Source: Bacteroidales bacterium
GTDB taxonomy: Bacteria > Bacteroidota > Bacteroidia > Bacteroidales > VadinHA17
Assembly: GCA_038325595.1 (NCBI GenBank)
Contig: JBBQJD010000005.1
Span: forward strand, 6,291-70,290
Reading direction: 5' to 3'
Length of the DNA stretch: 64,000 nt
Part shown: positions 47,383 to 57,028 of the stretch, in pieces
Layout of the letters: each line of letters opens with the position of its first letter
Numbering within the stretch: position 1 is the stretch's first letter
Position numbers and translations under genes: made by a program
The notes under the pieces: generated by a model
Database searches by the model: none
What the model was told of the DNA's origin: nothing
What the model saw: only the letters and a program-made list of their open reading frames with translations

Positions 47383-47760
47383 TTATTTTATATTATCCTG
47401 AATTGCCTCAACAGCTGCATCTGCCCACAGGGATTCAAGACTGTAAAAACTCCTGTATTCTTCAAGAAAAACATGAACAATCACATTCCCATAATCAAGA
47501 AGTACCCAGAAACAATTGTCTAGTCCTTCAATATGAAACGGCTTCTCGCCTGCTTCTTTCCTGACTGTATCATCAACGGAATCGCAAATCGCATTAACCT
47601 GTGATCCGGAACCGGCATGACAAATTAAAAAATAATCAGTAATACGGTTATCTAGTTTTCTTAAATCAATCTTCAGAACATTCTGTCCCTTCTTTTCAAA
47701 AATTCCTTTTATTATGCTTTCCAGTAGTATTTCAGTTCCGTCAGATTTTTTCTTCATCAA
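47383..47760 (-). CDS. rsfS: ribosome silencing factor RsfS
   Basis: 125 aa with DYFLICHAGSGSQVNAI and WVLLDYGNVIVHVF blocks. Confidence 0.9.
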   Translation of the reverse strand: MMKKKSDGTEILLESIIKGIFEKKGQNVLKIDLRKLDNRITDYFLICHAGSGSQVNAICDSVDDTVRKEAGEKPFHIEGLDNCFWVLLDYGNVIVHVFLEEYRSFYSLESLWADAAVEAIQDNIK

Positions 47761-47893
47761 TTATTTATAGGTTTGCTATTAAAACGCAAAAGTACCAATT
47801 TTATCTTTATTTTTGCTACAATTACCTTGTTTTTGCAATTTCAGTGCCAATATTTGCGGGAATAGGGAAATATAAGAAGATATTAATCTCTTA

Positions 47894-48652
47894 ATGACCA
47901 TAATCCTGATAATCATGATAATAGGATCAAACATAATTTTCAAAGAGAACCTGCCATCGACCAACCAGTATATGGATGATCTTTTAAAAAGCAGGGATCT
48001 CCAGGAAGGTACAATTATTTATACAAATTATCAGTCTGAAGGCAGGGGGCAGACAGGTAACAAATGGGAAAGCGAAGACGGTAAGAACCTGTTATTAAGT
48101 ATCTTGCTTATGCCTTCGATGATAGATCCTTCTGAACAGTTTATTCTGTCAATCGCCATTTCCCTTGGAATCTGCGATTTTATTAAAAGATATATTCCCC
48201 ATTGCAAAATAAAATGGCCAAATGATATTTATGTAAATGATGACAAAATAGCAGGCATCTTAATTGAGAATTCCCTTCTTGAAGATCACATCGAATACTC
48301 GATTGCGGGCATAGGTGTGAATATTAACCAGGAAAAATTTGTTTCGGATGCCCCAAACCCTGTTTCAATGACCATGATCACAGGAGAAAAATATGATTTA
48401 AATGATTGTATGAACCTGCTGGCTTCCGATCTCGATTACAGGTACAGGCAACTTGAAGCTGATCAGGATAAAACCAGGGCAGATTATTATTCCAATCTCT
48501 ACATGTTTAATGGAACTCACAGGTTCAGAGATCAGTCAGGGATTTTCAGCGGACGCATTATTGCAGTATCTGATACAGGAAAATTGCAGATTGAAAAGTC
48601 CCCCGGACAGGTATATGAATATTCTTATAAGGAAGTCGATTTTAATCCTTAG
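47894..48652 (+). CDS. birA: biotin--[acetyl-CoA-carboxylase] ligase (no N-terminal HTH)
   Basis: STNQY...QSEGRGQTGNKWES and KWPNDIY motifs. The true start may be ATG at 47915. Confidence 0.88.
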   Translation: MTIILIIMIIGSNIIFKENLPSTNQYMDDLLKSRDLQEGTIIYTNYQSEGRGQTGNKWESEDGKNLLLSILLMPSMIDPSEQFILSIAISLGICDFIKRYIPHCKIKWPNDIYVNDDKIAGILIENSLLEDHIEYSIAGIGVNINQEKFVSDAPNPVSMTMITGEKYDLNDCMNLLASDLDYRYRQLEADQDKTRADYYSNLYMFNGTHRFRDQSGIFSGRIIAVSDTGKLQIEKSPGQVYEYSYKEVDFNP

Positions 48653-49082
48653 TATCTTTCCATCCTCTGAAGTTTTCCATCTCATTTACAAGAGTTTCCA
48701 GGAATTGCCTGATGGGTTTGCCAGCTACCATCTTCATCATCGGATCAAGCTCAGCATTCAGTGATACTTTAACTTCCGCATTAACATTACTTTCGCCTGT
48801 GATATCCAGCACCAGCGAAAAATCATTTTTCTTAAGAGCATCTCCGTTATAGACAACTTTATTGAATTCCTGTTTCTGAGCTATCTGCAAATTGACAGTC
48901 CCAACCATTGGCACGTCAAAACTGCATGATTCCTTATCAGCATTAAAGTTATTTGCTGAACCGGCTGGAATGAACTGTTCAAAATTCCTCAGATCGGTAA
49001 CAAAATTGTATACATCCTCTGAAGTACTGGTAACCCTGCCTGTGCGGCTTTCAAAAAATGATAGACTTGCCATTTTATACAT
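48642..49082 (-). CDS. hypothetical protein, possibly SRPBCC/START-like fold
   Basis: 146-aa ORF with no antisense competitor. The fold guess rests on size and context next to pyrE only. Confidence 0.4.
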   Translation of the reverse strand: MYKMASLSFFESRTGRVTSTSEDVYNFVTDLRNFEQFIPAGSANNFNADKESCSFDVPMVGTVNLQIAQKQEFNKVVYNGDALKKNDFSLVLDITGESNVNAEVKVSLNAELDPMMKMVAGKPIRQFLETLVNEMENFRGWKDTKD

Positions 49083-49127
49083 ATTTTATAATAAACATCC
49101 CCTGTCATAAAATTGTTCTTTAGGATA

Positions 49128-49757
49128 CTATCCCCAGCCGGGTGGGTCGGCTCTCCATTTTTTTAAGGTATCAACCTCAGCCTGGCCTATATAACCTGTC
49201 CTGACTGCCGTTTCAATGAGTGATGTGTAGTTGCTAAGAGTATCCAGCCTGCAATTTTCCGAAGCAAATCCCTCAGCAGCTTTTTCAAACTGATATGTAA
49301 ATATTGCAACCATGCCAAGCACTTCACAACCAGCCTCGCGGAGTGCTTTAACAGCATTCAGTGAACTTCCGCCTGTGGAGATAAGGTCTTCAATTACAAC
49401 TACTTTCTGCCCTGGAAGAAAATAACCTTCGATCTGGTTCCCTAAACCATGCTCTTTGGCACCTGATCGTACATATATAAAAGGTAAGCTCAGTTTATCT
49501 GCAACCAGGGCTCCGTGAGCAATTGCCCCTGTAGCAACTCCTGCTATCAGCTCTGCTTCCGGATACATTTTATTAATAAGTTCGGCGAATGAGTCCCTTA
49601 TGTATGATCTCACCTCAGGATATGAAAGAATTTTCCTGTTATCACAATATATCGGTGATTTCCATCCTGAAGCCCATGTAAAAGGATTTGACGGTTGCAA
49701 TTTAATTGCGTTAATTTGTAAAAGATATCCGGCTGTTTTTGTTGCAAAATCTGACAT
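49128..49757 (-). CDS. pyrE: orotate phosphoribosyltransferase
   Basis: PRPP-binding motif VVVIEDLISTGGS. The internal start MSDFATKTAGYLL at 49757 gives about 209 aa and removes the overlap with the divergent NUDIX gene. Confidence 0.9.
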   Translation of the reverse strand: MSDFATKTAGYLLQINAIKLQPSNPFTWASGWKSPIYCDNRKILSYPEVRSYIRDSFAELINKMYPEAELIAGVATGAIAHGALVADKLSLPFIYVRSGAKEHGLGNQIEGYFLPGQKVVVIEDLISTGGSSLNAVKALREAGCEVLGMVAIFTYQFEKAAEGFASENCRLDTLSNYTSLIETAVRTGYIGQAEVDTLKKWRADPPGWG

Positions 49758-49763
49758 AGGAAC

Positions 49764-50381
49764 ATGTATAAAGTTCATTTCGAAAACAGATTCATAATGA
49801 TAAGTCCTGAACCCGACAGGATACAAAAATACGGCTTATTCCATAAATTCAGCAATACCAGTGAACTTTATAAATTAATATCTGATTTCCAACAGGATAC
49901 AAGCATTCCGGCTATTAATATCTATTCTTCTGATATTCTGCATCTGTGGAAAATTTTCAGGATCTATTTCACCGAAGTCGGGGCGGCAGGCGGACTGGTA
50001 AAGCATACCTCGGGCAAGTATCTCTTTATTGAAAAGAAAGGCAGGCTCGATCTGCCAAAGGGTCATATTGAGACTGGCGAAAAACCCGAAGATTGTGCAT
50101 TAAGAGAAGTCTGCGAGGAATGTGGTATTAAAGGACATAAAATAGTTAAAACCCTTGAACCAAGTTATCATACCTATAGCTGGGAAGGTGTATCATACCT
50201 CAAGAAAACTTATTGGTTCATAATGGCTTATACCGGTGAAATGGTTAAAGAACCACAAACTGAAGAAGGAATTACAAGGGTTGAATGGCTTATCCCGGAT
50301 GAATTAAATCTTATCAAGGACAACGCCTGGTTATCTCTGATGGATATAATCAATTGTTCAGTCCTGAAGACCCGGGCTTAA
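49764..50381 (+). CDS. NUDIX hydrolase
   Basis: NUDIX box GHIETGEKPEDCALREVCEECGI. Confidence 0.85.
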   Translation: MYKVHFENRFIMISPEPDRIQKYGLFHKFSNTSELYKLISDFQQDTSIPAINIYSSDILHLWKIFRIYFTEVGAAGGLVKHTSGKYLFIEKKGRLDLPKGHIETGEKPEDCALREVCEECGIKGHKIVKTLEPSYHTYSWEGVSYLKKTYWFIMAYTGEMVKEPQTEEGITRVEWLIPDELNLIKDNAWLSLMDIINCSVLKTRA

Positions 50382-50857
50382 TCTTCCCATTTATAGCTTC
50401 CAAGATTAATCGTTGCCGGAACAAACATCGAAGCATCTCCCCCGCTTCTGATAATATCGCGGATAATTGTTGAATTTATTGCTGAGTGCTCAGATGCAGT
50501 CAGAAGAAAAACCGTCTCAAGACCGGGCGACATTGCCCTGTTAATCTGACCGATTGCTCTTTCGTATTCAAAATCAGCTGACGTTCTCAGACCTCTCAGT
50601 ATGAACCTGGAACCTTTTGATTTACAATAATCTATGGTGAGTCCTTCATAATTGTCAATTCTGACCCTTGGCTCATCCTGAAAAACCTTCCGCAGCATTG
50701 CTTGCCTTACTTCAAGTGAAAAGAAATTCTTTTTAGAAGCATTTGCCCCGATGGCTACTATGATTTCGTCAAATATGTCGAGACCTTTTCTGATAATTGC
50801 TTCATGTCCGACAGTAATAGGATCGAATGAACCGGGGAAGACTGCAACTTTCTTCAT
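50378..50857 (-). CDS. coaD: pantetheine-phosphate adenylyltransferase
   Basis: FPGSFDPITVGHEAII (HxGH-type motif). 159 aa, with a 4-nt overlap with the lon stop. Confidence 0.95.
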   Translation of the reverse strand: MKKVAVFPGSFDPITVGHEAIIRKGLDIFDEIIVAIGANASKKNFFSLEVRQAMLRKVFQDEPRVRIDNYEGLTIDYCKSKGSRFILRGLRTSADFEYERAIGQINRAMSPGLETVFLLTASEHSAINSTIIRDIIRSGGDASMFVPATINLGSYKWED

Positions 50858-53316
50858 TGGAATGATATGTTTTTGGGATTTTTGACTTTTTGCCTGAGTA
50901 AGGAAAGTTCAAGCACATCCATTATTGTTTTAACATAATGGAATTTCAACCCTCTGATATAAATACTCTTTATATTCTCAACATCTTTCCTGTTTTCCTC
51001 CGAAAGTACTATTTCCTTAATGCTTGCCCTTTTTGCTGCCAGAATTTTCTCCTTTATGCCACCAACCGGAAGTATCTTTCCCCTCAATGTTATTTCACCG
51101 GTCATGGCAAGGTACTTCTTCACCTTTCTCTGAGTAAATGCGGACGCAATTGAAGTTGCCATCGTTATCCCTGCAGATGGTCCGTCTTTTGGTATTGCCC
51201 CTTCCGGAACGTGTATATGAATATTCCAGTTTTCAGAGAAGTTATCAGGCAACTGGAGCATTTCGGCATTTGATTTAAGGTACTCAAGAGCGATCACTGC
51301 TGATTCCTTCATTACCTCCCCGAGGTTTCCTGTAAGCGTGAGTTTACCATTGCCTTTACTGAGGCTGGTTTCGACAAAAAGTATTTCACCTCCCTGTGAC
51401 GTCCAGGCAAGGCCTGTTACAACTCCTGCCTGATCATTGCCTGAATAAAGGTCCCTGGAATATTTTGAAGGACCAAGAATCTTAATTACAGCTGATTGGG
51501 CAAGATTTACATCGTATTTTGTTTCAGATGCAATATTTTTCGCAATGACCCTTACTATTTTAGCCAGCCGTTTATCAAGCTCCCTCACGCCTGATTCCCT
51601 GGTGTACTTCTCAATGATCATCTCCATCACATCATTTTCAATTACAAGCTGATCTGCATGAACTCCGTGGTTTTCAAGCTGTTTGGGAAGAAGATGCCGC
51701 CTGGCTATCTCAAGCTTCTCCTCAACAAGATAACCGGTTATTTCAATCAGTTCCATCCTGTCTCTAAGGGCAGGACTTAAAGTACCGAGGTTATTTGCAG
51801 TTGCTATGAAAAGAACTTTTGAAAGGTCGTACTCCATCTCCAGGAAGTTGTCGAAGAAGGTACTGTTCTGCTCCGGATCAAGTACTTCAAGGAGTGCAGA
51901 AGAGGGATCGCCCCTGAAATCCTGGCCAACCTTGTCAATTTCGTCGAGGATGAATACCGGGTTGGAAGAACCGGCCCGTTTTATATTCTGGATGATGCGA
52001 CCGGGCATTGCCCCAATATATGTTTTTCTATGCCCTCGTATTTCAGCCTCATCATGAAGCCCGCCAAGCGACATTCTGACATACTTCCTGTCAATTGCCC
52101 TGGCAACAGATTTGCCAAGTGATGTTTTACCAACTCCCGGAGGTCCGAAGAGGCATAATATCGGAGATTTCAGGTCGCCTTTCAGCTTGAGTACTGCAAG
52201 GTGTTCGAGTATTCGTTCCTTAACTTCATCGAGACCGAAATGATCACCATCGAATACGCGCCTGGCATTTTTAAGATCGAGGTTATCCTGCGTATAGAAA
52301 TTCCATGGAAGGTCAAGAAGCGTCTGAATATAATTTACCTGCACGGAATATTCCGCTGCAGCAGGATTAAGACGATGTAATTTGTCAAGTTCCTTGGTGA
52401 ATACTTTTTTCACATCTTCATTCCAGTTCTTGGTTTCAGCCTTCTTTTTATATTCTTCAATTTCCTTTTCAGCCGGATTGCCTCCGAGTTCATCCTGAAT
52501 CGTTTTCATCTGCTGATGAAGAAGAAATTCACGTTGCTGCTGATCAAGAACGCTTTTAACCTTTGACTGTAATTCATTTTTCAGTTCCAGCACCTGAATT
52601 TCCTGAACAAGAAATTCAAGAAGCATAAAACCTCTGTCGCGCAAACTGTTGATTTCAAGCAATCTCTGCTTATCCTGAACTTTGATATCTGTATTTGAGC
52701 AGATAAAATTTATCAGGTACGTATTGTTTTCTATATTCTTGATTGCGAATGAGGCTTCAGGACTGATATTCGGATTAATCTTGATAATCTTAAGAGAAAG
52801 ATCCTTCAGTGAGCCTACGATAGCATCAAAATCCTTGCTTACAGCTTCCTGCTTTGTTTCGGGAATTATATTTACCCTGGCAACAAAGTAGGGATCATCC
52901 GATACAAGCTCCTGCAACATCATCCTCATACGTCCCTGAATAATTGCCGTAGTCGAACCATCAGGCATTTCAAGAAGCTTAACTATCTGTCCCACAGTAC
53001 CAATGCTATGGAGATCCTGAAATTCGGGATTTTCAATATCCGGCTCTTTCTGTGCTACCGTACCGACAATCTTATCATTGCGATAAGCGTCTTTTATGAG
53101 CTGTATTGATCTTGGACGCCCGATTGAAATAGGAAGAACTACGCCTGGAAAAAGAACAGTATTCCTGAGCGACAGGATTGGAATTGTATCAGGAACATCA
53201 ACATCCTCCAGTTCTCCATCATCACCATCGGCAATTATAGGTATTATATCTCCCTCTCCATCACGCATTTCAGGATACATAATCTGATTTACTGATCTCC
53301 TGTATTTCTTATCCAT
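50854..53316 (-). CDS. lon: endopeptidase La (Lon protease)
   Basis: LON N-domain, Walker [10 protein letters not shown] and the protease site [14 protein letters not shown]. 820 aa. Confidence 0.97.
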   Translation of the reverse strand: MDKKYRRSVNQIMYPEMRDGEGDIIPIIADGDDGELEDVDVPDTIPILSLRNTVLFPGVVLPISIGRPRSIQLIKDAYRNDKIVGTVAQKEPDIENPEFQDLHSIGTVGQIVKLLEMPDGSTTAIIQGRMRMMLQELVSDDPYFVARVNIIPETKQEAVSKDFDAIVGSLKDLSLKIIKINPNISPEASFAIKNIENNTYLINFICSNTDIKVQDKQRLLEINSLRDRGFMLLEFLVQEIQVLELKNELQSKVKSVLDQQQREFLLHQQMKTIQDELGGNPAEKEIEEYKKKAETKNWNEDVKKVFTKELDKLHRLNPAAAEYSVQVNYIQTLLDLPWNFYTQDNLDLKNARRVFDGDHFGLDEVKERILEHLAVLKLKGDLKSPILCLFGPPGVGKTSLGKSVARAIDRKYVRMSLGGLHDEAEIRGHRKTYIGAMPGRIIQNIKRAGSSNPVFILDEIDKVGQDFRGDPSSALLEVLDPEQNSTFFDNFLEMEYDLSKVLFIATANNLGTLSPALRDRMELIEITGYLVEEKLEIARRHLLPKQLENHGVHADQLVIENDVMEMIIEKYTRESGVRELDKRLAKIVRVIAKNIASETKYDVNLAQSAVIKILGPSKYSRDLYSGNDQAGVVTGLAWTSQGGEILFVETSLSKGNGKLTLTGNLGEVMKESAVIALEYLKSNAEMLQLPDNFSENWNIHIHVPEGAIPKDGPSAGITMATSIASAFTQRKVKKYLAMTGEITLRGKILPVGGIKEKILAAKRASIKEIVLSEENRKDVENIKSIYIRGLKFHYVKTIMDVLELSLLRQKVKNPKNISFQ

Positions 53317-53418
53317 CTTAAATTCTCCTTTTTATCCCCTCATGAGGAAATTATTAATATTCTTTAAATCTCCCGGGGGTTACCAGCTTTTACAAGCTAC
53401 CAAAAATACATAATATTT

Positions 53419-53502
53419 TATGACTATCGGTAATCATGATCATACCTCATTGATTTTCTTCGATAGCCCTTACGCTAAAGGGTGCCAGGAACCTGATTCT
53501 GC
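53419..53502 (-). repeat. GC-rich structured intergenic element, copy B (inverted relative to 7333-7479)
   Basis: The reverse complement gcagaatcaggttcctggcaccctttagcgtaagggctatcgaagaaaatcaatgaggtatgatcatgattaccgatagtcata aligns blockwise with copy A, which carries an extra insertion of about 37 nt. Confidence 0.55.
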
Positions 53503-53527
53503 ACAATGACTGTGCCACAATACAGAG

Positions 53528-53556
53528 AAAAAAAAAGCCCCCGGAATGAGGGCCTT
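53528..53556 (-). terminator. rho-independent terminator after rpmE
   Basis: The minus strand reads GGCCCTCATTCCGGGGGC followed by nine Ts, about 20 nt after the rpmE stop. Confidence 0.6.
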
Positions 53557-53573
53557 ATGTTTTAAATTTCAGC

Positions 53574-53834
53574 TTATTTCTTTTTACCATGATCCTTGTA
53601 ACGATTCATGAACTTGTCGACCCGCCCAGCTGTATCAACAAGTTTCATTTTACCTGTATAGAAAGGATGCGAGGTATTGGAAATTTCAAGCTTGATTAAT
53701 GGATACTCATTTCCATCTTCCCATTTAATGTTATCCTTCGATGGTGCAGTTGATTTACTGATGAATGAAGTTCCGTTTGACATATCCTGAAATACTACAA
53801 ACCTGTAATTGTTGGGATGAATTCCATTTTTCAT
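53574..53834 (-). CDS. rpmE: 50S ribosomal protein L31, type B (no CxxC zinc ribbon)
   Basis: [10 protein letters not shown]...HPFYTGK...[10 protein letters not shown] with no cysteines. 86 aa. Confidence 0.9.
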   Translation of the reverse strand: MKNGIHPNNYRFVVFQDMSNGTSFISKSTAPSKDNIKWEDGNEYPLIKLEISNTSHPFYTGKMKLVDTAGRVDKFMNRYKDHGKKK

Positions 53835-53935
53835 TGCTGTATATTTTTTTCCTTAATTAATCTTATTATATTTCCTTTTGTTAAGGGTTTGCAAAATTAA
53901 ACAGATTATTGTAAAATACAAAAGGAATCACAAAA

Positions 53936-55162
53936 TTATTGATTCCGCTGTATATGATCACGATTTGAACCCTGTCTTTCCGACATTTCATCCTTGAATC
54001 GGACAAACTGAAGCTTTTTATTGATAAGGTATCTGTAGGTAATATGAGTTTTTACTCTCCTGGCACCCAGAGCTTCATAAATTGCAATCATCTTGGGATT
54101 ATAATCTCCTACCCAGGAGAGTTCAAGTTCCGTAAACCATGGCTTTTTCCTGAATGACTCATAGATATGAAGAAAAATGGCCGATTCAACTCCGCTGTTC
54201 TGGTATGAAGGGTGAACTCCCCCGACGATTGCCCTGGTTCTGGTCATTTTATGGGTCAGCTTGAAGTATACAAAGCGCATCATATTCCAAACACTAAGCT
54301 TACCATTAAAGTATTTGAAAATCTGGTTAGCATCAGGTGTAAGTATGAAAAATGCTATCGGTTTATCGTTGAAATAAGCAAACCATATGAGCTCTTCATC
54401 GACAATCGCTTTTGCCTTCTTTAATGAGGCTTTCAGAAAATCAGGATCGAGTGGTGTGAAATCCTCTTTGAATACTGACCATGCTGAGTTATAAATTTCA
54501 ACAATATCCCTTACATATTTCTCAGTGTTGCTGAATTCAAAATGTCTGAAGGAATAACCAGGTCTTTTGGCTATCCATGCGGCAATTTTCATAATACGCT
54601 CAGGAAACCTGACAATATTGCCGTCATTATCACGCACAGCCCTGTGATAGGACAGTTGCTCAAAATAGTTTTTGAATCCGTACTCTTCAAAAAAATTCTT
54701 ATAGTACTTCATATTATAGGCCATGCCGAATCCCGGCTGCATAAAACCCTCAACCAGTAATCCCCAGTTTGTGTCATTTTCTCCAAAATTAACAGGCCCG
54801 TCCATAGCTTCAATATTTCTTATTTTGAGCCAGTTACGTGCTGTATCAAATAGGGCAAAAGCTGCTTCCCTGTTTTCTACTACTTCAAAATAACCAATTC
54901 CTCCGGTAGGTTGATTGTTGGCAGCAGATCTCATAAGATCTACAAAGGCAGCTATTCTTCCGAGTGTATTTCCATTTTCATCTTTCAGCAACCACCTGTT
55001 TGCTTCTCCGTGCGAAAAAGATTTATTTTTTGACGGATCAAAAACAGATTCAATTTCGGAATCAAGCGGACATACCCAGTATGGATCCTTCTTGTATAAT
55101 CTTTTAGCAAAATCAATAAATTCTTTCCTATCCGATTTTGATAATACCTCAAAAACATGCAT
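53936..55162 (-). CDS. hypothetical protein (possible GNAT-fold acyltransferase)
   Basis: 408-aa ORF with clean coding appearance. The fold suggestion is from memory of similarly sized Bacteroidota proteins and is unsupported by clear motifs. Confidence 0.4.
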   Translation of the reverse strand: MHVFEVLSKSDRKEFIDFAKRLYKKDPYWVCPLDSEIESVFDPSKNKSFSHGEANRWLLKDENGNTLGRIAAFVDLMRSAANNQPTGGIGYFEVVENREAAFALFDTARNWLKIRNIEAMDGPVNFGENDTNWGLLVEGFMQPGFGMAYNMKYYKNFFEEYGFKNYFEQLSYHRAVRDNDGNIVRFPERIMKIAAWIAKRPGYSFRHFEFSNTEKYVRDIVEIYNSAWSVFKEDFTPLDPDFLKASLKKAKAIVDEELIWFAYFNDKPIAFFILTPDANQIFKYFNGKLSVWNMMRFVYFKLTHKMTRTRAIVGGVHPSYQNSGVESAIFLHIYESFRKKPWFTELELSWVGDYNPKMIAIYEALGARRVKTHITYRYLINKKLQFVRFKDEMSERQGSNRDHIQRNQ

Positions 55163-55231
55163 ACTATTGGATATATGGGAAAAATGTAAAAAGACTTGTT
55201 GCTGCTTTTATCATTAGTGCAAATATAAACA

Positions 55232-55270
55232 GATTTTTAAAACTTAAAATCCGGAATAATCAAGACCGGA
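55232..55270 (-). terminator. possible terminator after the flippase-like gene
   Basis: The minus strand reads TCCGGtcttgattaTTCCGGA followed by ttttaagtttt. Confidence 0.4.
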
Positions 55271-55285
55271 AGTGAATCCGTCAAC

Positions 55286-56698
55286 CTAGTGAATGTCAAT
55301 TATCCTGTGGTCAATCAGGACAAAAACTATAGCCAGAATTGCGCAATAAATTGAATATACTTTAACAGGAATATAATCAGATGGTTTGATATTCATTTTC
55401 AACCACAGGTAACCTGCCAGGAACACCTTTCCGAATGCATAAACAAAGAATGTTGAAAGTGCCACACCTATCAGGCCATAACCCCATTTTATCATGAGCA
55501 GGCTTAAAGGAATATTCAGACAAAGCTCAAGGATTGCTGCAATAAGTGTTATATGGGTTTTCTTTCTCCCGACGATCACAGTCTGGGGAAATATAAGTCG
55601 TGGTATTATCAGCAATGAGTAAACCAGGAATATGTCTGCACTTTTCTGAAATTCGGGATTAAAAATATTCGGATAGATCCATCTGGCAAAAATCATTATA
55701 ACCATTACCGTGGGAAAAAGAATGTGCATAAGCCGCCTTGATTTGACTTTTATCCTGGCAAGGGATTCTTTCATCCTCTCCCGTGTTGAAAATTCGGGGA
55801 GCATGGCACTGCTAAGTCCATTTGCAAGCATGAGTACAAGAGGAAACTCCTTGGCTCCGTATCGGAACCATGCAAAAGTGGCCGGATCCCTATAGACTGA
55901 TGAAATAATTACACCATCTGTATACTGTGCCGATCCGCTGATCAGTGAAGTCAGTACAAGAGGAATACCCAGGTAAAGATGTTCTTTCATAAACTCTACC
56001 GAGATCTTCATTTCAGTATATCTTCTCAATAAAATAAGGAGCCAGATCCATCTGATGCCAGTGATACCAAGTAACCCCCATATTGACCAGATGATATCCT
56101 TTCCCAATAATATTGGTAAAATAATCAATATCAGCTGAGCTGTGAATGTTATTAATCCATACTGAAAGATGCGGTATGATCTGTTATTCAGAAGGTAAAT
56201 GTATTCTATAAGGCATACCGGACTGCTTAAAAGAATGTAAAGCAGCAAAAGGTTTATATAAGGCACATTTCCCGTAAAATGAAAAACCGAGAAATTATTT
56301 TTCAGAGAATGGCCAAGAAGAAAGAACAACAGGCTGAAAACGCATAATAAAAGGAAGGCATTAAAGATCTCCGGTGATTTCACTTTTCCGTTTTCACCCA
56401 TTTTACGGTATGTCTTGTTTCTGTGGTAAAGAGGAAGAAGGGATTGAATTATCCCGGTTACCCAGAAAAAAGTCATTAAGCCTGCAATGAACATGAACAT
56501 CTCCCATTGTCCGATTTCAACACGTGTGAGATGGCTTTTTGTAAAAACAATGCTTATAACGAGAAAGATGACCGGCTTCATTAGCTGGAAAAGCTGGAGC
56601 CCCGAAATATTATCAATTAATTTTAATCTTCTCAAACCTGAAAGTGCCTCCTGATTTTTATTTATTTCATTCTTTCCAAAGATAGTATTTGACTGCAC
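55286..56698 (-). CDS. MOP/Wzx-type polysaccharide flippase-like membrane protein
   Basis: 470 aa with about 12-14 TM segments and typical Wzx-like topology. No sharp motif, and the start is uncertain. Confidence 0.55.
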   Translation of the reverse strand: MQSNTIFGKNEINKNQEALSGLRRLKLIDNISGLQLFQLMKPVIFLVISIVFTKSHLTRVEIGQWEMFMFIAGLMTFFWVTGIIQSLLPLYHRNKTYRKMGENGKVKSPEIFNAFLLLCVFSLLFFLLGHSLKNNFSVFHFTGNVPYINLLLLYILLSSPVCLIEYIYLLNNRSYRIFQYGLITFTAQLILIILPILLGKDIIWSIWGLLGITGIRWIWLLILLRRYTEMKISVEFMKEHLYLGIPLVLTSLISGSAQYTDGVIISSVYRDPATFAWFRYGAKEFPLVLMLANGLSSAMLPEFSTRERMKESLARIKVKSRRLMHILFPTVMVIMIFARWIYPNIFNPEFQKSADIFLVYSLLIIPRLIFPQTVIVGRKKTHITLIAAILELCLNIPLSLLMIKWGYGLIGVALSTFFVYAFGKVFLAGYLWLKMNIKPSDYIPVKVYSIYCAILAIVFVLIDHRIIDIH

Positions 56699-56763
56699 TA
56701 AGAGAAAATAAAATTAAAATTTTGTGAAATAGAAATTTTGGGCTTATTTTGCACTCCAGAAAC

Positions 56764-56841
56764 GGTGGATGTAGTTCAGTCGGTTAGAACGTCGGATTGT
56801 GGTTCCGAAGGTCGTGGGTTCGAGCCCCATCTTCCACCCCA
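56764..56841 (+). tRNA. tRNA-His (anticodon GTG) with encoded G-1 and encoded 3' CCA
   Basis: Manual fold: G-1, acceptor GTGGATG/CTTCCAC, D-arm GTTC/GAAC, anticodon stem TCGGA/TCCGA with loop TTGTGGT, T-arm GTGGG-TTCGAGC-CCCAT, discriminator C, then CCA. Confidence 0.93.
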
Positions 56842-56861
56842 CCCATAATTATTAAGGAAAG

Positions 56862-56901
56862 AAGCAATTATCTGAAAATATGATAGTTGCTTTTTGTTTT
56901 T
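56862..56901 (+). terminator. rho-independent terminator after tRNA-His
   Basis: aagcaattatc / gatagttgctt stem followed by tttgttttt. Confidence 0.7.
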
Positions 56902-57028
56902 ATCCAATTCTATATAAAGCCTTTATCGATCTACACCATAATTGATATCCGGTAGTTGCCGGACTCTCCCGTTTTATATTATATTTGACTATGCTCATCA
57001 GTTTGTCAACGCTCTAAACTTTATAATT

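Noticed and set aside
48905-48930. Sigma-54 promoter (TGGCAC hits here and at about 17690)
   Set aside because: Neither hit has TTGC at the required 5-nt spacing, and both lie inside coding sequence. No convincing -24/-12 element was seen near the activator gene.
49758-49826. Track start of pyrE at 49826, overlapping the divergent NUDIX gene
   Set aside because: The extension MYPVGFRTYHYESVFEMNFIHVP has no counterpart in PyrE proteins. The internal Met at 49757 gives a canonical length and removes the overlap.
56942-57028. Track start of the GH42 gene at 56942 (non-ATG start, 29 extra residues)
   Set aside because: ATG at 57029 begins a textbook signal peptide (MNNRGKLLSLLLILCLLNGIASA). The upstream extension is not signal-like.
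56764-57028. tRNA-His as an integration site for a mobile element
   Set aside because: There is no integrase, no obvious direct repeat of the tRNA 3' end downstream that I could spot, and the neighbouring genes look like ordinary chromosomal genes.
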